A model generated the notes under the pieces. That model saw only the letters and a program-made list of their open reading frames with translations, was not told the origin of the DNA and did no database searches. The translations under genes and the position numbers were made by a program. This document shows positions 54,029 through 63,898 of a stretch of 64,000 bases of DNA, piece by piece. The stretch's first letter is position 1. Each line of letters begins with the position of its first letter. Location: the IMG/VR virus record IMGVR_UViG_3300032334_000335, positions 22,556 through 86,555 of that record; one strand, written 5' to 3'. This stretch comes from a virus.

Positions 54029-54469
54029 TTAGTTTATGACTGAGTTGTTCTTGTCAAAGTCAAAGGTCATACGTTCATTGATATTAAACGGAATATAAAC
54101 AATGTCAGCTTGTATACGTATGCCCTGCTCTGTGCTGTCAACAGTTATTCCATTGACAGCTATTCTTGGATCGTAGTTGATGATATCTTCTACGTCTTTG
54201 GTAATAATAGCTTTTGCTTCCGGAGTAAACTGTTCAAATATCATGTCCCAGATTACTGTGCCAAACTCTGGGTTTTCTAGCTTTTCGCCTTTGCGAATAT
54301 AAAAGTGATTTATAATATCTTGTTTTACTAGATCGATATCAAATAACTTGAAGTTCTTGTTAGACGAGTTAGAGCTAAATCCTTTGTATGTAAACAAAGT
54401 TCTGCCAGCATCACCCACTGATGCTTTATTAACTGCAACTGTTTTTGTGTTATAAAGTTTATTTGCCAT
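54029..54469 (-). CDS. gp25: Baseplate wedge subunit, gp25/GPW family
   Basis: DLVKQDIINHFYIRKGEKLENPEFGTVIWDMIFE...YDPRI. Confidence 0.9.
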   Translation of the reverse strand: MANKLYNTKTVAVNKASVGDAGRTLFTYKGFSSNSSNKNFKLFDIDLVKQDIINHFYIRKGEKLENPEFGTVIWDMIFEQFTPEAKAIITKDVEDIINYDPRIAVNGITVDSTEQGIRIQADIVYIPFNINERMTFDFDKNNSVIN

Positions 54470-54479
54470 AGTTTATTCC

Positions 54480-56090
54480 TTAAACTTCTCGATCTGTTTT
54501 GTCTGGTGTTAACAACTGCGGAGCATAGTTTTCGTGTAACGCCCATGGTTCGTGCATTGGAATACGTTTCATAAAACTGTCTATAGTACCAGCTTGATAC
54601 TTTTTCTTTGACCATCCAACTTGTGTTGTTGTTGCGACGTTTTCTTTGAGATCCAACGGTTTTACGAAATCTGCTGGAGTAGCAGGAGTTGCTGCAATAC
54701 TGTTCATGTAAATCTTATCTGCAGATTCAATGTGATTTCCCACGCTACCAATGCTGGTGTTTCCACCTGCAGAAATATTGTTGTTTCCGTTGGTGTCTAA
54801 GTGAAAATCATTTCGCTGAGAGATTTTTGTAGTAGCATTAACTAGAATATCAAGATTGCTGCCAACACTGAGTTTCGCATCGTTGGCTATTAAAAAATTC
54901 ATATCAGTGGCTATTTCAGCTTGCCAGCGACCTGATTCAGTTCTAAAGTTCATGTTCCTGCCAGCTTCAAAGTTAATGTCTCTATCAGCACGGAAATTAA
55001 AATCTGCTTCGGAATGTATTGAAATAGAATCCGCTGCATAGATGTCTATCTTTCCTCCAGCGGTAAGCTCTATCCAAGTAGAACCAGCAGCATTAGCAAT
55101 ATAAATTAAATCTTCCGAGTTGTGCATCAACAGTTGATGACCGGTTCTCGTTCTAATCCTAAAATATTCGCTGTAGGGAATATCTGGCTGGTAGGGATCT
55201 TTCAGCTTTGGATCTTCAGTGTCAACGTATTCCTGAGGACCGGCGTTCGGACCTTTAGGAGGAGTTTTACGGAAATATCTATCATCTCCGTCATCCATAA
55301 CAAACTGCGTTCCACCTAATCTACTGACTGGAACAGGTTTTGGAGTTTGACTGTCTCTTGTACCTATGTTCTGTCTTTTAGATCCTGTACGTCTATCTAA
55401 TGGGCCGGGAGAAGAGATTCCAAACACCATGCTAGGTGCTTCGCGTCTAGCAGACGCTGTTGTAAAACCTCTGATATCATCTTCTAACAATCCCTGTTCT
55501 AGCAAGTGGTCTGCAAAAGGATGCACAGCTTTTTTTATCTTGTCGGTATCTAGTTTGCCTTCTTCTCCATTAATACGTTTATTAATTTCCGCTGTTGGCA
55601 GGGGTTGTGTTGTGTTAAATTTCTTTTTATCTGTTTCGTCAATGTCAAGCTCTAACGATGCTGCAATACCAGGCACCATATTATTTGCAAGTTTCGATGG
55701 TATACAGGCAATCCAATATCCATCAGCAGGATCACCTTCGATAAACACCACCATAACTGTTACACCAATGTCTGGCGGAACCATCCACATGCCATAAGAT
55801 TTCTGTGTGTCATTATAAGCATCATAGGTCTTGGTGTTTTTATTCTTGATAATAGAGTTCTGACCTGTATGCTCAAATGCGGTATGACCAAAGAAGGGAC
55901 TTGCACATTTTACAATATAAGTTTCTTCGTCAACACCCATACCATTACCTTGTTCTCTTAACAATGTAACTTCTAGGGCTCCCATAAAAGTAGGATCAAG
56001 ATGACTGATAACTCGTGCTAATAGAGGGCCAGGAGGCATACTGCCTTTGGCTGCTTCAACACTATCTGCTATTCTTTTTTCTTGTGCCAT
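54480..56090 (-). CDS. gp5: Baseplate central spike, gp5/Vgr-like (OB fold plus beta-helix; no lysozyme domain recognised)
   Basis: DPTFMGALEV, PPDIGVTVMVVFIEGD, RTRTGHQLLMHNS, 8-residue periodic C-terminal repeats. Confidence 0.8.
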   Translation of the reverse strand: MAQEKRIADSVEAAKGSMPPGPLLARVISHLDPTFMGALEVTLLREQGNGMGVDEETYIVKCASPFFGHTAFEHTGQNSIIKNKNTKTYDAYNDTQKSYGMWMVPPDIGVTVMVVFIEGDPADGYWIACIPSKLANNMVPGIAASLELDIDETDKKKFNTTQPLPTAEINKRINGEEGKLDTDKIKKAVHPFADHLLEQGLLEDDIRGFTTASARREAPSMVFGISSPGPLDRRTGSKRQNIGTRDSQTPKPVPVSRLGGTQFVMDDGDDRYFRKTPPKGPNAGPQEYVDTEDPKLKDPYQPDIPYSEYFRIRTRTGHQLLMHNSEDLIYIANAAGSTWIELTAGGKIDIYAADSISIHSEADFNFRADRDINFEAGRNMNFRTESGRWQAEIATDMNFLIANDAKLSVGSNLDILVNATTKISQRNDFHLDTNGNNNISAGGNTSIGSVGNHIESADKIYMNSIAATPATPADFVKPLDLKENVATTTQVGWSKKKYQAGTIDSFMKRIPMHEPWALHENYAPQLLTPDKTDREV

Positions 56091-56098
56091 TTATATCC

Positions 56099-58459
56099 TT
56101 AACAAGGTACTGGTGGTGGAGTTACTGCTTCGGCTACTGTAGTAGCTGCTGGCTCTGCTTGGTCTTTCTTGACCAATGCTGGTACCGCTGCTTTTTCTAC
56201 ATTTGCCTTCTGATCGAAGTCTGATGCTTGATAAGGCATTCTAAAACATTTTAAACTTTGCTTAAATGTTCCATCTGTAAATTTATTTTCGCAGAATGTT
56301 ACTTTATAAATTCCACTGAATGGACTTTCTTGCATCTTTCCTTTTGCAAAGTTATATAAGCCATCGCCTGGATCATCAACGTCAATCGGGGTTCTGAATG
56401 TTATATAGATATAAACATCGCTGCCTTCATAGTTCATTGTGCCATCTCCGGTAACTTGATCGTTTGCACCAGGTTCGGCAAAATAGTTTCCGATTCCGCT
56501 GTCAACAAGCCAATACGGGTCTCCTAAAATCTCAACGTTCATATTGATCATATCGCCGTTGTTTTTTAAGAAAGCACTTTGGAAACTCTGTGCTACTAAT
56601 GTTTTATTTTTTTCTCCAGAACCACCTTTAATTTTCTGTTGATCAAAATCAGCTTTCACTCCGCCTTTGCCTGTGTTAGCACTTTCAACCGTGGCTCTTG
56701 TTGCATCGTCAGATCCAGCAGGAACTTGATTCCCGATCGGTTTTTCTTCTCCGGATCGTTGATCTTGATTATTGGTTTTAGATGAGTTTTCTTCGCCTTT
56801 GGGATTTACTCCAGAGTAGAATAAATTGTTGATATCAATATCAAACTTCAAAAGATCATTATTCTGACCAGTATAAATGTAGTTGTATTGTTTTCCTATT
56901 TTCTTTTCAATCTCGCCGTATCCTGGTAAACCTGTTCCCGATGATGAGAACACACTGGAGTGTACCTTATAAGGAATTACTCTATAGGTTATTTCTTTAG
57001 CATAGTCTTTTCTTCTTTCGTCAAACTCATTTTCTTTGAGTTTTATCTGCACATCAATCTTAAACCAATTATAAGTTCCGTCAGGTTGCATTGATCCTGG
57101 CAGTAGAGTGTCATAGGCATATTGTGAACTCATAACCACGTTTGCTATAACATGGGTTATTGGCATTTCTTGCTTGTACTGCAAAGTCTTTACTTTAGGA
57201 TCAGGAGTCATCTTTGATTTTTCGTTCCTGCCTGTTTTTGCATTAGTAACATCAGCAGTTTTATTAAATGACTGATTACCTGCAGATGTTGGTCCGAAAC
57301 CTAATGACGAGCTAGCTATAACACTCGATGGTGGCAACGACACCGATGCCCCTGTACCAGCATTCCCTACTCTTATCTGAGGTCTAGGAGCTGCTGGGTT
57401 AAATTTAGCAGTCTTGGCATCTTCTGTTCCTTCTGCAACGTTAGAAAAGGTCTGAGAGTTTTCTGGAAATACAATATTATAAACATCAGGATAACATGTT
57501 TTACCAGATTTAACAGAGTCTTCTTCAATCTTGTTTAGAGCTTTAACAAGATTTTGTTCGCTGGTACATAATGCTTCAGATACCGTGCTGCCTTTAACAG
57601 CGATATCGCTGGGCAGCTTGTTGATAAGATTGCTAAATCCTTGATGGTTGTAAGGAATACCTTCACACTTATACACGCTTCCAGATTCTGTTACTTGAAA
57701 TTTAATCTTTGTTAATTTCATAGTGAAGAATTTGGGTTTTAAAATTGTGTATGGTGTGCCATCGTCAGTGTATCCCACAAAGTCTAATCTTAAAACATAT
57801 GGAGTATTGTCAAGATAACTTTCGTAACCAGCTTCAAGTGCTGCTAACTGCATACTTTGTAATAACATTCCCATAGAATAGGGTTCGTAGATGTCCCATG
57901 TGAATGTTATTGCATTACTGTTACCAGTTTTTTGTGAAGCAGAAATTTGATTCTGCATAACAAAGTTATTAACAAAATACTCCGGAGCAATACCACCAGC
58001 TAATACAGTACGTTTAGCATCTGCTCGACCGCCAGATGAAAATATAACATTTTTTAAATCGCCTAAACTTTTTCTATATGATTTAGGATTGTTAAATTGT
58101 CTAGGAGTCAGTGCTGCCATCGTCCATAACGGACTCCAAGTAGCAAAATTTTCTAAAGGATTAGGGATACCTCGAACGTTGACACCACTCTTGGATAATG
58201 TTTTTCCTGGATCTTGTATTTCTCTTGTTGCACGGGTAACTGTAGCACCCTTGCCACTAAAACCTGTTGTTTGTTGTACAGTACCTTTGTTGAGATTGGT
58301 CTGAAATTTATCTAGAACAGGCTCGCCATCTGGACGAAGAACTTTGCCAACTGCTGCTCCTAGATCTCTTGCGGCTGTGCCACCTGCGGCTCTAGCAACA
58401 TTTTGAGCTACGTTGACTGCATTGTTAACAAGATTAAGTGCTGAAAATAAATCTGCCAT
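56099..58459 (-). CDS. Baseplate hub protein (gp27-like)
   Basis: Between the gp53-like and gp5-like genes; C-terminal VEILGDPYWL...FSGIYKVTFCENKFTDGTFKQSL. Confidence 0.65.
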   Translation of the reverse strand: MADLFSALNLVNNAVNVAQNVARAAGGTAARDLGAAVGKVLRPDGEPVLDKFQTNLNKGTVQQTTGFSGKGATVTRATREIQDPGKTLSKSGVNVRGIPNPLENFATWSPLWTMAALTPRQFNNPKSYRKSLGDLKNVIFSSGGRADAKRTVLAGGIAPEYFVNNFVMQNQISASQKTGNSNAITFTWDIYEPYSMGMLLQSMQLAALEAGYESYLDNTPYVLRLDFVGYTDDGTPYTILKPKFFTMKLTKIKFQVTESGSVYKCEGIPYNHQGFSNLINKLPSDIAVKGSTVSEALCTSEQNLVKALNKIEEDSVKSGKTCYPDVYNIVFPENSQTFSNVAEGTEDAKTAKFNPAAPRPQIRVGNAGTGASVSLPPSSVIASSSLGFGPTSAGNQSFNKTADVTNAKTGRNEKSKMTPDPKVKTLQYKQEMPITHVIANVVMSSQYAYDTLLPGSMQPDGTYNWFKIDVQIKLKENEFDERRKDYAKEITYRVIPYKVHSSVFSSSGTGLPGYGEIEKKIGKQYNYIYTGQNNDLLKFDIDINNLFYSGVNPKGEENSSKTNNQDQRSGEEKPIGNQVPAGSDDATRATVESANTGKGGVKADFDQQKIKGGSGEKNKTLVAQSFQSAFLKNNGDMINMNVEILGDPYWLVDSGIGNYFAEPGANDQVTGDGTMNYEGSDVYIYITFRTPIDVDDPGDGLYNFAKGKMQESPFSGIYKVTFCENKFTDGTFKQSLKCFRMPYQASDFDQKANVEKAAVPALVKKDQAEPAATTVAEAVTPPPVPC

Positions 58460-58460
58460 G

Positions 58461-58760
58461 TTATACTCCTAGGTATTTTTCTAGGTTAGTTTTTTTAGGA
58501 ATATAAATTGAAACGCCCGGTTCGAAATCGTAGATAGGGTCTTTTAATATTGACATATTTCTCTGTACAAATACCCACCATAACTTGGTGTTGCCGTATA
58601 AATCATAGGCCAACAAATCAGGACGATGCTTGTAATGATTTTCAATTATGTAAAGAAAATCATCATCCTCAGCAGGAACGGGTCTAATATCGAGAAGTTC
58701 TAAATAGAGATTATTCTGCTGAGTAGTTGCCCACGGAGACGAAACTGTATAGTTGGCCAT
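58461..58760 (-). CDS. gp53: Baseplate wedge subunit, gp53-like (LysM-like)
   Basis: HRPDLLAYDLYGNTKLWWVF..RN...DPIYDF..G..IYIP. Confidence 0.8.
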   Translation of the reverse strand: MANYTVSSPWATTQQNNLYLELLDIRPVPAEDDDFLYIIENHYKHRPDLLAYDLYGNTKLWWVFVQRNMSILKDPIYDFEPGVSIYIPKKTNLEKYLGV

Positions 58761-58761
58761 C

Positions 58762-59904
58762 TTAGATGAATCCTCCGCCTGTTTGTGTTGTCATATCGCC
58801 TCTTGCATAATCTTGTATGCTGAACTGTCTCAATCTTGATCTGTTATATACTGGGCTTACTACAATGGTAATAGTACTGAAGTTTGGAACCCATGTTTGT
58901 TGTCCAAACGCTTGACATCTAATATAGTTTACATCGTCTTTGAGATCAACCGAGAATGATTTTATAATCACTGGAACATAGTTGAATACACTAAAACCAT
59001 AACCAGACAATGTACAGATTATTGGTGGGTTACCACTGTAGTTGCTGTTACCAAAAAACATTTTTGTAGCTGTCTTGAAAAAGGTTGTTCCAGCAATCCA
59101 GTACGCTCCATCTTCAGAAGTCTCACAGCTAAAGTCTCCCGCAATAGTAATATCTTCTACCGCACTATTTTTATATGCTTGGAAAGGATAGTTACTGTGA
59201 ACTGGATCGATAGTTGTATAGTTTGCTTTAGTTGATACTGTGATATTTGGAAGATAAGGAAAAACAAATCCGCCAGTTTCTCTGAGTTCGTTAAATAATG
59301 CATTACCACCAAATAGATTCCAGTTACAGTCTATTTTAACTCTCCAGTCATCTGCCGATCCCGGAGTTAGTTTTACTGACGCGGCCTGTTTCATGAATAG
59401 TTCGCCACCTTGTGGTAAGTTTGCGCCGCGTTTTAAACTTAAAATATTATTCAACATGCCTGCTGATTTAGATATGCTAGTGGCTAATCCTAACAATCCA
59501 CCGGATAAGTTTCCGGCCGATAACTTATCAAGGCTTCTAGAAAAATCAGAAGCAATATTACTGATAGAACCAGCTGCTGATTGTAAAGAACTGATATTAC
59601 CCAGCCCTGCAACTTTGCTCTGTACAGTGCTTGCTAGCCCTCCAAGCGCAGATGCTCCTGGTAACGAGCTTCCAAATTTTGAAATCTGGTCACCGATATT
59701 AGACATAGAAGGCAAGTTGCCTGCAATACCATTAAGAGACGAACCAACATCTCCGCTTAATGCAGATATTTTTGCATCAAGTCCTGCTTTGCTTAATGCA
59801 CTAGATGCATTAACTAGTGCTGCATTAGCTTCGTTGGTGGCTGTGGCTATCGATGAAGATATTTGTGCTACGAGTTGTGCTTGCGGGTTAATAGGTAATG
59901 CCAT
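58762..59904 (-). CDS. Probable baseplate tail-tube initiator/cap (gp48/gp54-like) with low-complexity Ser/Gly/Ala N-terminus
   Basis: GFVFPYLPNI...ANY...HSNY, GNPPIICTLSGYG..VF..VPVIIKSF; first gene of the baseplate operon. Confidence 0.55.
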   Translation of the reverse strand: MALPINPQAQLVAQISSSIATATNEANAALVNASSALSKAGLDAKISALSGDVGSSLNGIAGNLPSMSNIGDQISKFGSSLPGASALGGLASTVQSKVAGLGNISSLQSAAGSISNIASDFSRSLDKLSAGNLSGGLLGLATSISKSAGMLNNILSLKRGANLPQGGELFMKQAASVKLTPGSADDWRVKIDCNWNLFGGNALFNELRETGGFVFPYLPNITVSTKANYTTIDPVHSNYPFQAYKNSAVEDITIAGDFSCETSEDGAYWIAGTTFFKTATKMFFGNSNYSGNPPIICTLSGYGFSVFNYVPVIIKSFSVDLKDDVNYIRCQAFGQQTWVPNFSTITIVVSPVYNRSRLRQFSIQDYARGDMTTQTGGGFI

Positions 59905-59931
59905 TTTGAGTGATTTTCCTCTTGTACACTC

Positions 59932-59938
59932 TATTTAT
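59932..59938 (-). promoter_or_regulatory. Late promoter-like ATAAATA for the baseplate operon
   Basis: GAATAAATAG about 27 nt before ATG 59904 in the divergent gap. Confidence 0.6.
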
Positions 59939-59986
59939 TCTTGTAAAAATGTGCTATTATAATAAGTAGTAGGAGAACCTAAACTA

Positions 59987-60844
59987 ATGACAATCATACC
60001 GAAAATAAAGTATTTGACAAACAAGGATCTATTAAAAGAGATCCATTTAAGTAAGAACACATTTTGCTCATTCACAGCACCAGAATACGCCGATTACGAC
60101 TTAATCATTCCTAACTTAGAAAAACTAAATGTTAGGACCATAGCAGAAGCCAAACGCAACAGAGCTGCTAAACTTTCAAAACAAGCACACGAAGCCGCAG
60201 TCCTGGCCACAGGAAAAAAGCAACCAGCTAAAGATTTTGAAGTTGATTACAAAAAAATAGGCAAGACCGATGTTGTTTTTAGAGTAATGACTTTTGAACA
60301 CATTCCGCTAGCACCTGGTCGTAAAAAGACTCTTAAAAATACCGCTGATAGTCACGACAAAGTTAACTTTCCACCATTTCAACACTGGAAGTATGACGAC
60401 CAGGGCAACTTAATCTGCGTCGGAAAGAGTCACTGGAAAGGTGGTTTGACTAACGGATACTTCAGCAAAGATCACGGCATGATGACTAACAATCTTGCTC
60501 GTATGTTTATTAAGCTCTGTGAGAGATATGCAACCAGAGGCAACGTAAGGGGATACACATACAATGACGAAATGCGCGGACAAGCGATCTTACAACTCAC
60601 TCAAATCGGTCTCCAGTTTGATGAAAGTAAGTCTGATAATCCTTTTGCATATTATACTGCTGCTGTTACTAACTCATTTGTTAGGATCATCAACATCGAA
60701 AAACGAAATCAAAATATACGAGACGACATTCTCGAAATGAACGGTATGACTCCAAGTTGGACTCGACAAAACTCAGGTGCTAGCCCAACTGCACCAATGG
60801 CTCCTACAACGCCAGGGCCTGTAGACGGAGGAGATTGGGATTGA
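59987..60844 (+). CDS. gp55: Sigma factor for late transcription, T4 gp55-like
   Basis: KYLTNKDLL, RGYTYNDEM..QAI, QFDESKSDNPFAYYT....NSFVRIINIEK; T4 gene order 55-47-46. Confidence 0.88.
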   Translation: MTIIPKIKYLTNKDLLKEIHLSKNTFCSFTAPEYADYDLIIPNLEKLNVRTIAEAKRNRAAKLSKQAHEAAVLATGKKQPAKDFEVDYKKIGKTDVVFRVMTFEHIPLAPGRKKTLKNTADSHDKVNFPPFQHWKYDDQGNLICVGKSHWKGGLTNGYFSKDHGMMTNNLARMFIKLCERYATRGNVRGYTYNDEMRGQAILQLTQIGLQFDESKSDNPFAYYTAAVTNSFVRIINIEKRNQNIRDDILEMNGMTPSWTRQNSGASPTAPMAPTTPGPVDGGDWD

Positions 60845-60869
60845 CATTAGTCTTTGATTGTATTATACT
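60841..60869 (+). promoter_or_regulatory. Sigma70-type promoter (TTGACA-N17-TATACT) for gp47-gp46
   Basis: -35 at 60841-60846 overlapping the gp55 stop; -10 at 60864-60869; AAGGAG SD downstream. Confidence 0.75.
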
Positions 60870-60885
60870 ATAAAAGGAGAACTAT

Positions 60886-61896
60886 ATGTCATTATTTAAA
60901 AAAGTAGCTTGCTTTACCGATATCCATTTTGGATTAAAGTCTGGTAGCCGAACACATAATCAAGATTGCGAAGATTTTGTGACTTGGTTCTGTGAAACTG
61001 CCAAATCAGAAGGTGCAGAAACCTGTATCTTCCTTGGCGACTGGCATCATAATCGCAGTACTACAGACGTTAGTACAATGAATTATACCGTTTCAAATCT
61101 AGAACGATTAAGCCAATCGTTTGAAAAAGTCTATTTCATTCTAGGAAATCACGATCTATTCTATAAGGACAAGCGTGAAATTAACTCTGTTGAGTTTATG
61201 CGATTGTTTCCTAATGTTGTTCCTATTAAAGAAACACTTACTCAAGGCGATGTAACTATTATGCCTTGGTTAGTAGGAGATGAATGGAAGAATGTTCCTA
61301 AGATCAAAAGCCGATATGTGTTTGGTCACTTAGAACTGCCGTTGTTCTATATGAACGCTATGGTACAGATGCCTGATCATGGGCAGTTAAAAGGCGATGA
61401 CTTTGTTAATCAGGAATATGTATTCAGTGGACACTTCCACAAACGTCAAAGCAAAGGCAATGTAACATATATCGGTAATGCATTCCCACACAACTATGCA
61501 GATGCAGGCGATGACGATCGCGGTATGATGCTGCTAGAGTGGGGAGGCAAGCCTGAATACAGGACTTGGGGCCAGCAGCCCATTTATCGCACATATAAGC
61601 TCAGTCAAATCATTGACAGTCCAGAAACACTGCTTCGTGAAAAGATGCATTGCCGTGTTACTATTGATTTGCCTATTACTTTTGAAGAAGCAAACTTTAT
61701 CAAAGAACAGTTTATGCCGCAGTATAATCTGCGTGAGCTTATGCTGATTCCGGAAAAGGTAGAATCCACAGCAGAATCTGTGCCCATTGACATTAATTTC
61801 GAAAGCGTTGATACGATTGTCATGAATCAAATCAATGCTATTGACAGCGATGCCTACGACAAGAATCTTCTATTGGAGATTTATAGAGAACTATGA
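60886..61896 (+). CDS. gp47: Recombination endonuclease subunit (Mre11/SbcD-like)
   Basis: DIHFG, LGDWHH, GNHD, FGHLE, SGHFH metallophosphoesterase motifs. Confidence 0.95.
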   Translation: MSLFKKVACFTDIHFGLKSGSRTHNQDCEDFVTWFCETAKSEGAETCIFLGDWHHNRSTTDVSTMNYTVSNLERLSQSFEKVYFILGNHDLFYKDKREINSVEFMRLFPNVVPIKETLTQGDVTIMPWLVGDEWKNVPKIKSRYVFGHLELPLFYMNAMVQMPDHGQLKGDDFVNQEYVFSGHFHKRQSKGNVTYIGNAFPHNYADAGDDDRGMMLLEWGGKPEYRTWGQQPIYRTYKLSQIIDSPETLLREKMHCRVTIDLPITFEEANFIKEQFMPQYNLRELMLIPEKVESTAESVPIDINFESVDTIVMNQINAIDSDAYDKNLLLEIYREL

Positions 61897-63671
61897 TAAA
61901 AATTAAGAATCTCACAGTCCGCAACTTTATGAGTGTGGGCAATCAAACACAGGCCATTGATTTTGACAAAGGTCAGCTGACACTTGTTCTAGGTGAAAAT
62001 CTAGATCTAGGCGGAGATGACAGCGGAGCTCGTAATGGTACAGGTAAAACTACTATCATTAACGGTCTAAGCTATGCTATCTACGGCAATGCTTTAACAA
62101 ATATTAAAAAAGATAATCTTGTTAACAAGATCAACGGCAAGGGCATGTTGGTCACTGTTACTTTTGAGAAAGACGGTGTTGAATATCACATTGAACGAGG
62201 TCGTAAGCCTAACCTATTGAAGTTCAGTATCAATGGACAAGAACAGGAACTGTTAGATCTTGATGAAAGTCAAGGTGATAGCAGAGAAACACAAAAATCC
62301 ATTGAAGAAATGTTTGGTATGAAACACGAGATGTTCAAACATCTCGTGGCTTTGAATACCTACACTGAGCCGTTCCTAGCAACTAAAGCAGCTGATCAGC
62401 GAATGATCATCGAACAGTTGTTGGGTATTACTCTGTTAAGTGAAAAAGCAGAAGCACTCAAGGAGCAGATCAAAGCTACTAAAGATGCTATCACAACAGA
62501 AAACACAAAAATCGAAACTATTAAAGTTTCTAATGAACGCATACAGCAAAGCATCGAGTCTCTAGAACGCAAACAGAAAATATGGGAAGAACAAAAAGAA
62601 AGTTCTTTAGATAACCTACGCAAAAGTATTGAAACACTAGGTCATATTGATATCGATGCTGAGATCGTTGCTCAACGACAGCTAGTTGAACACACAGCAA
62701 AAAGCAAAGACATTGCTGATCTAACAAAAGCCATTGCTCGTGCAGAAGCAGACATGGCTCGAGATGAGAAACAAGTTGAAAAACTAAAGAAAGAAATCGC
62801 AGATCTAGAAGATCACAAGTGTTATGCCTGCGGTCAAGAAATGCACGACAGCAAACATGAAGAAGTGTTGGATGCTAAAAAGAAAGCTCTACAGGAATCA
62901 GCATTGCAGACACTGTCAGATAACACACAATGGATTGAACTCACCGAAGCTCTTAAAGAACTAGGAGAGTTAGGTCCAGTACCTAACGTGTTTTATGATA
63001 CATTAGAGCAAGCACTTAATCACAAAAGCACTATCGATAGCTTAGAAAGAGATCTAACTGTTAAGATCGCTGAAGCTAATCCTTACAGTGAACAGATCAC
63101 AGAGTTAAAAACAACTGCGGTACAGGAGATCGACTGGAATCATGTAAACGAACTAGTACGTGTTAAGGATCATCAAGAATTCTTGTACAAGTTATTAACA
63201 AACAAAGACAGCTTTGTACGCAAACGTATCATTGATCAGAACTTGGCGTTCTTGAATCAACGTTTGACCTACTATCTCGACAAAATTGGCTTACCGCACA
63301 TTGTTGAGTTCCAGAATGACCTAAGCGTAGTCATTACACAACTGGGTCAAGACCTAGACTTTGATAACTTGAGCCGCGGTGAACGTAACCGTTTGATACT
63401 CAGTATGTCGTGGGCGTTTCGAGATGTGTGGGAAAACTTATATCACAGCATCAACTTATTGTTTATCGACGAACTTGTAGACAGCGGTATGGATAGTTCT
63501 GGAGTAGAAAGCAGTATTGCAGTACTTAAGAAGATGACACGTGAGCGTGATAAGAATGTATTCTTGATTTCACATCGTGATGATCTAACAAGCCGTGTTA
63601 ATCATGTGCTGAAAGTTATTAAGGAAAACGGATTTACCAGTTACAGTAATGATGTTGAAATAGTAGGATGA
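61893..63671 (+). CDS. gp46: Recombination ATPase subunit (Rad50/SbcC-like)
   Basis: Walker A NGTGKT, zinc hook CYAC, signature LSRGE, Walker B LLFIDE, ISH. Confidence 0.95.
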   Translation: MIKIKNLTVRNFMSVGNQTQAIDFDKGQLTLVLGENLDLGGDDSGARNGTGKTTIINGLSYAIYGNALTNIKKDNLVNKINGKGMLVTVTFEKDGVEYHIERGRKPNLLKFSINGQEQELLDLDESQGDSRETQKSIEEMFGMKHEMFKHLVALNTYTEPFLATKAADQRMIIEQLLGITLLSEKAEALKEQIKATKDAITTENTKIETIKVSNERIQQSIESLERKQKIWEEQKESSLDNLRKSIETLGHIDIDAEIVAQRQLVEHTAKSKDIADLTKAIARAEADMARDEKQVEKLKKEIADLEDHKCYACGQEMHDSKHEEVLDAKKKALQESALQTLSDNTQWIELTEALKELGELGPVPNVFYDTLEQALNHKSTIDSLERDLTVKIAEANPYSEQITELKTTAVQEIDWNHVNELVRVKDHQEFLYKLLTNKDSFVRKRIIDQNLAFLNQRLTYYLDKIGLPHIVEFQNDLSVVITQLGQDLDFDNLSRGERNRLILSMSWAFRDVWENLYHSINLLFIDELVDSGMDSSGVESSIAVLKKMTRERDKNVFLISHRDDLTSRVNHVLKVIKENGFTSYSNDVEIVG

Positions 63672-63898
63672 CAACAGAAAGCCACGATAAAATGATTGCT
63701 GCTTTTCAGGAATATTTTAAGTGGCAGGAACGGTTTGAATACAAAGGCTCAGACGAAGCAGGCATTAAGGCACGATATTGGCTATCAGAAATACGCAACG
63801 AAGCATCAAAAAGGCGAGTAGAAATACAGGCAAAGCGTGAGGCACGTAAAGAAACCAGAAAAGGCATGGTCGGAAGACCCCCCAAGGTAACTAAGTGA
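63668..63898 (+). CDS. Small basic protein, possibly histone H1-like (Hc1-type)
   Basis: FE.KGSDEAGIKAR..L.EI....RR.EIQ resembles the KGNKAAGTRARK helical family. Confidence 0.5.
   Translation: MTTESHDKMIAAFQEYFKWQERFEYKGSDEAGIKARYWLSEIRNEASKRRVEIQAKREARKETRKGMVGRPPKVTK

Noticed and set aside
59393-59962. 189-aa + strand ORF
   Set aside because: Antisense shadow of the low-complexity Ser/Gly/Ala region of the baseplate gene; no SD or motifs
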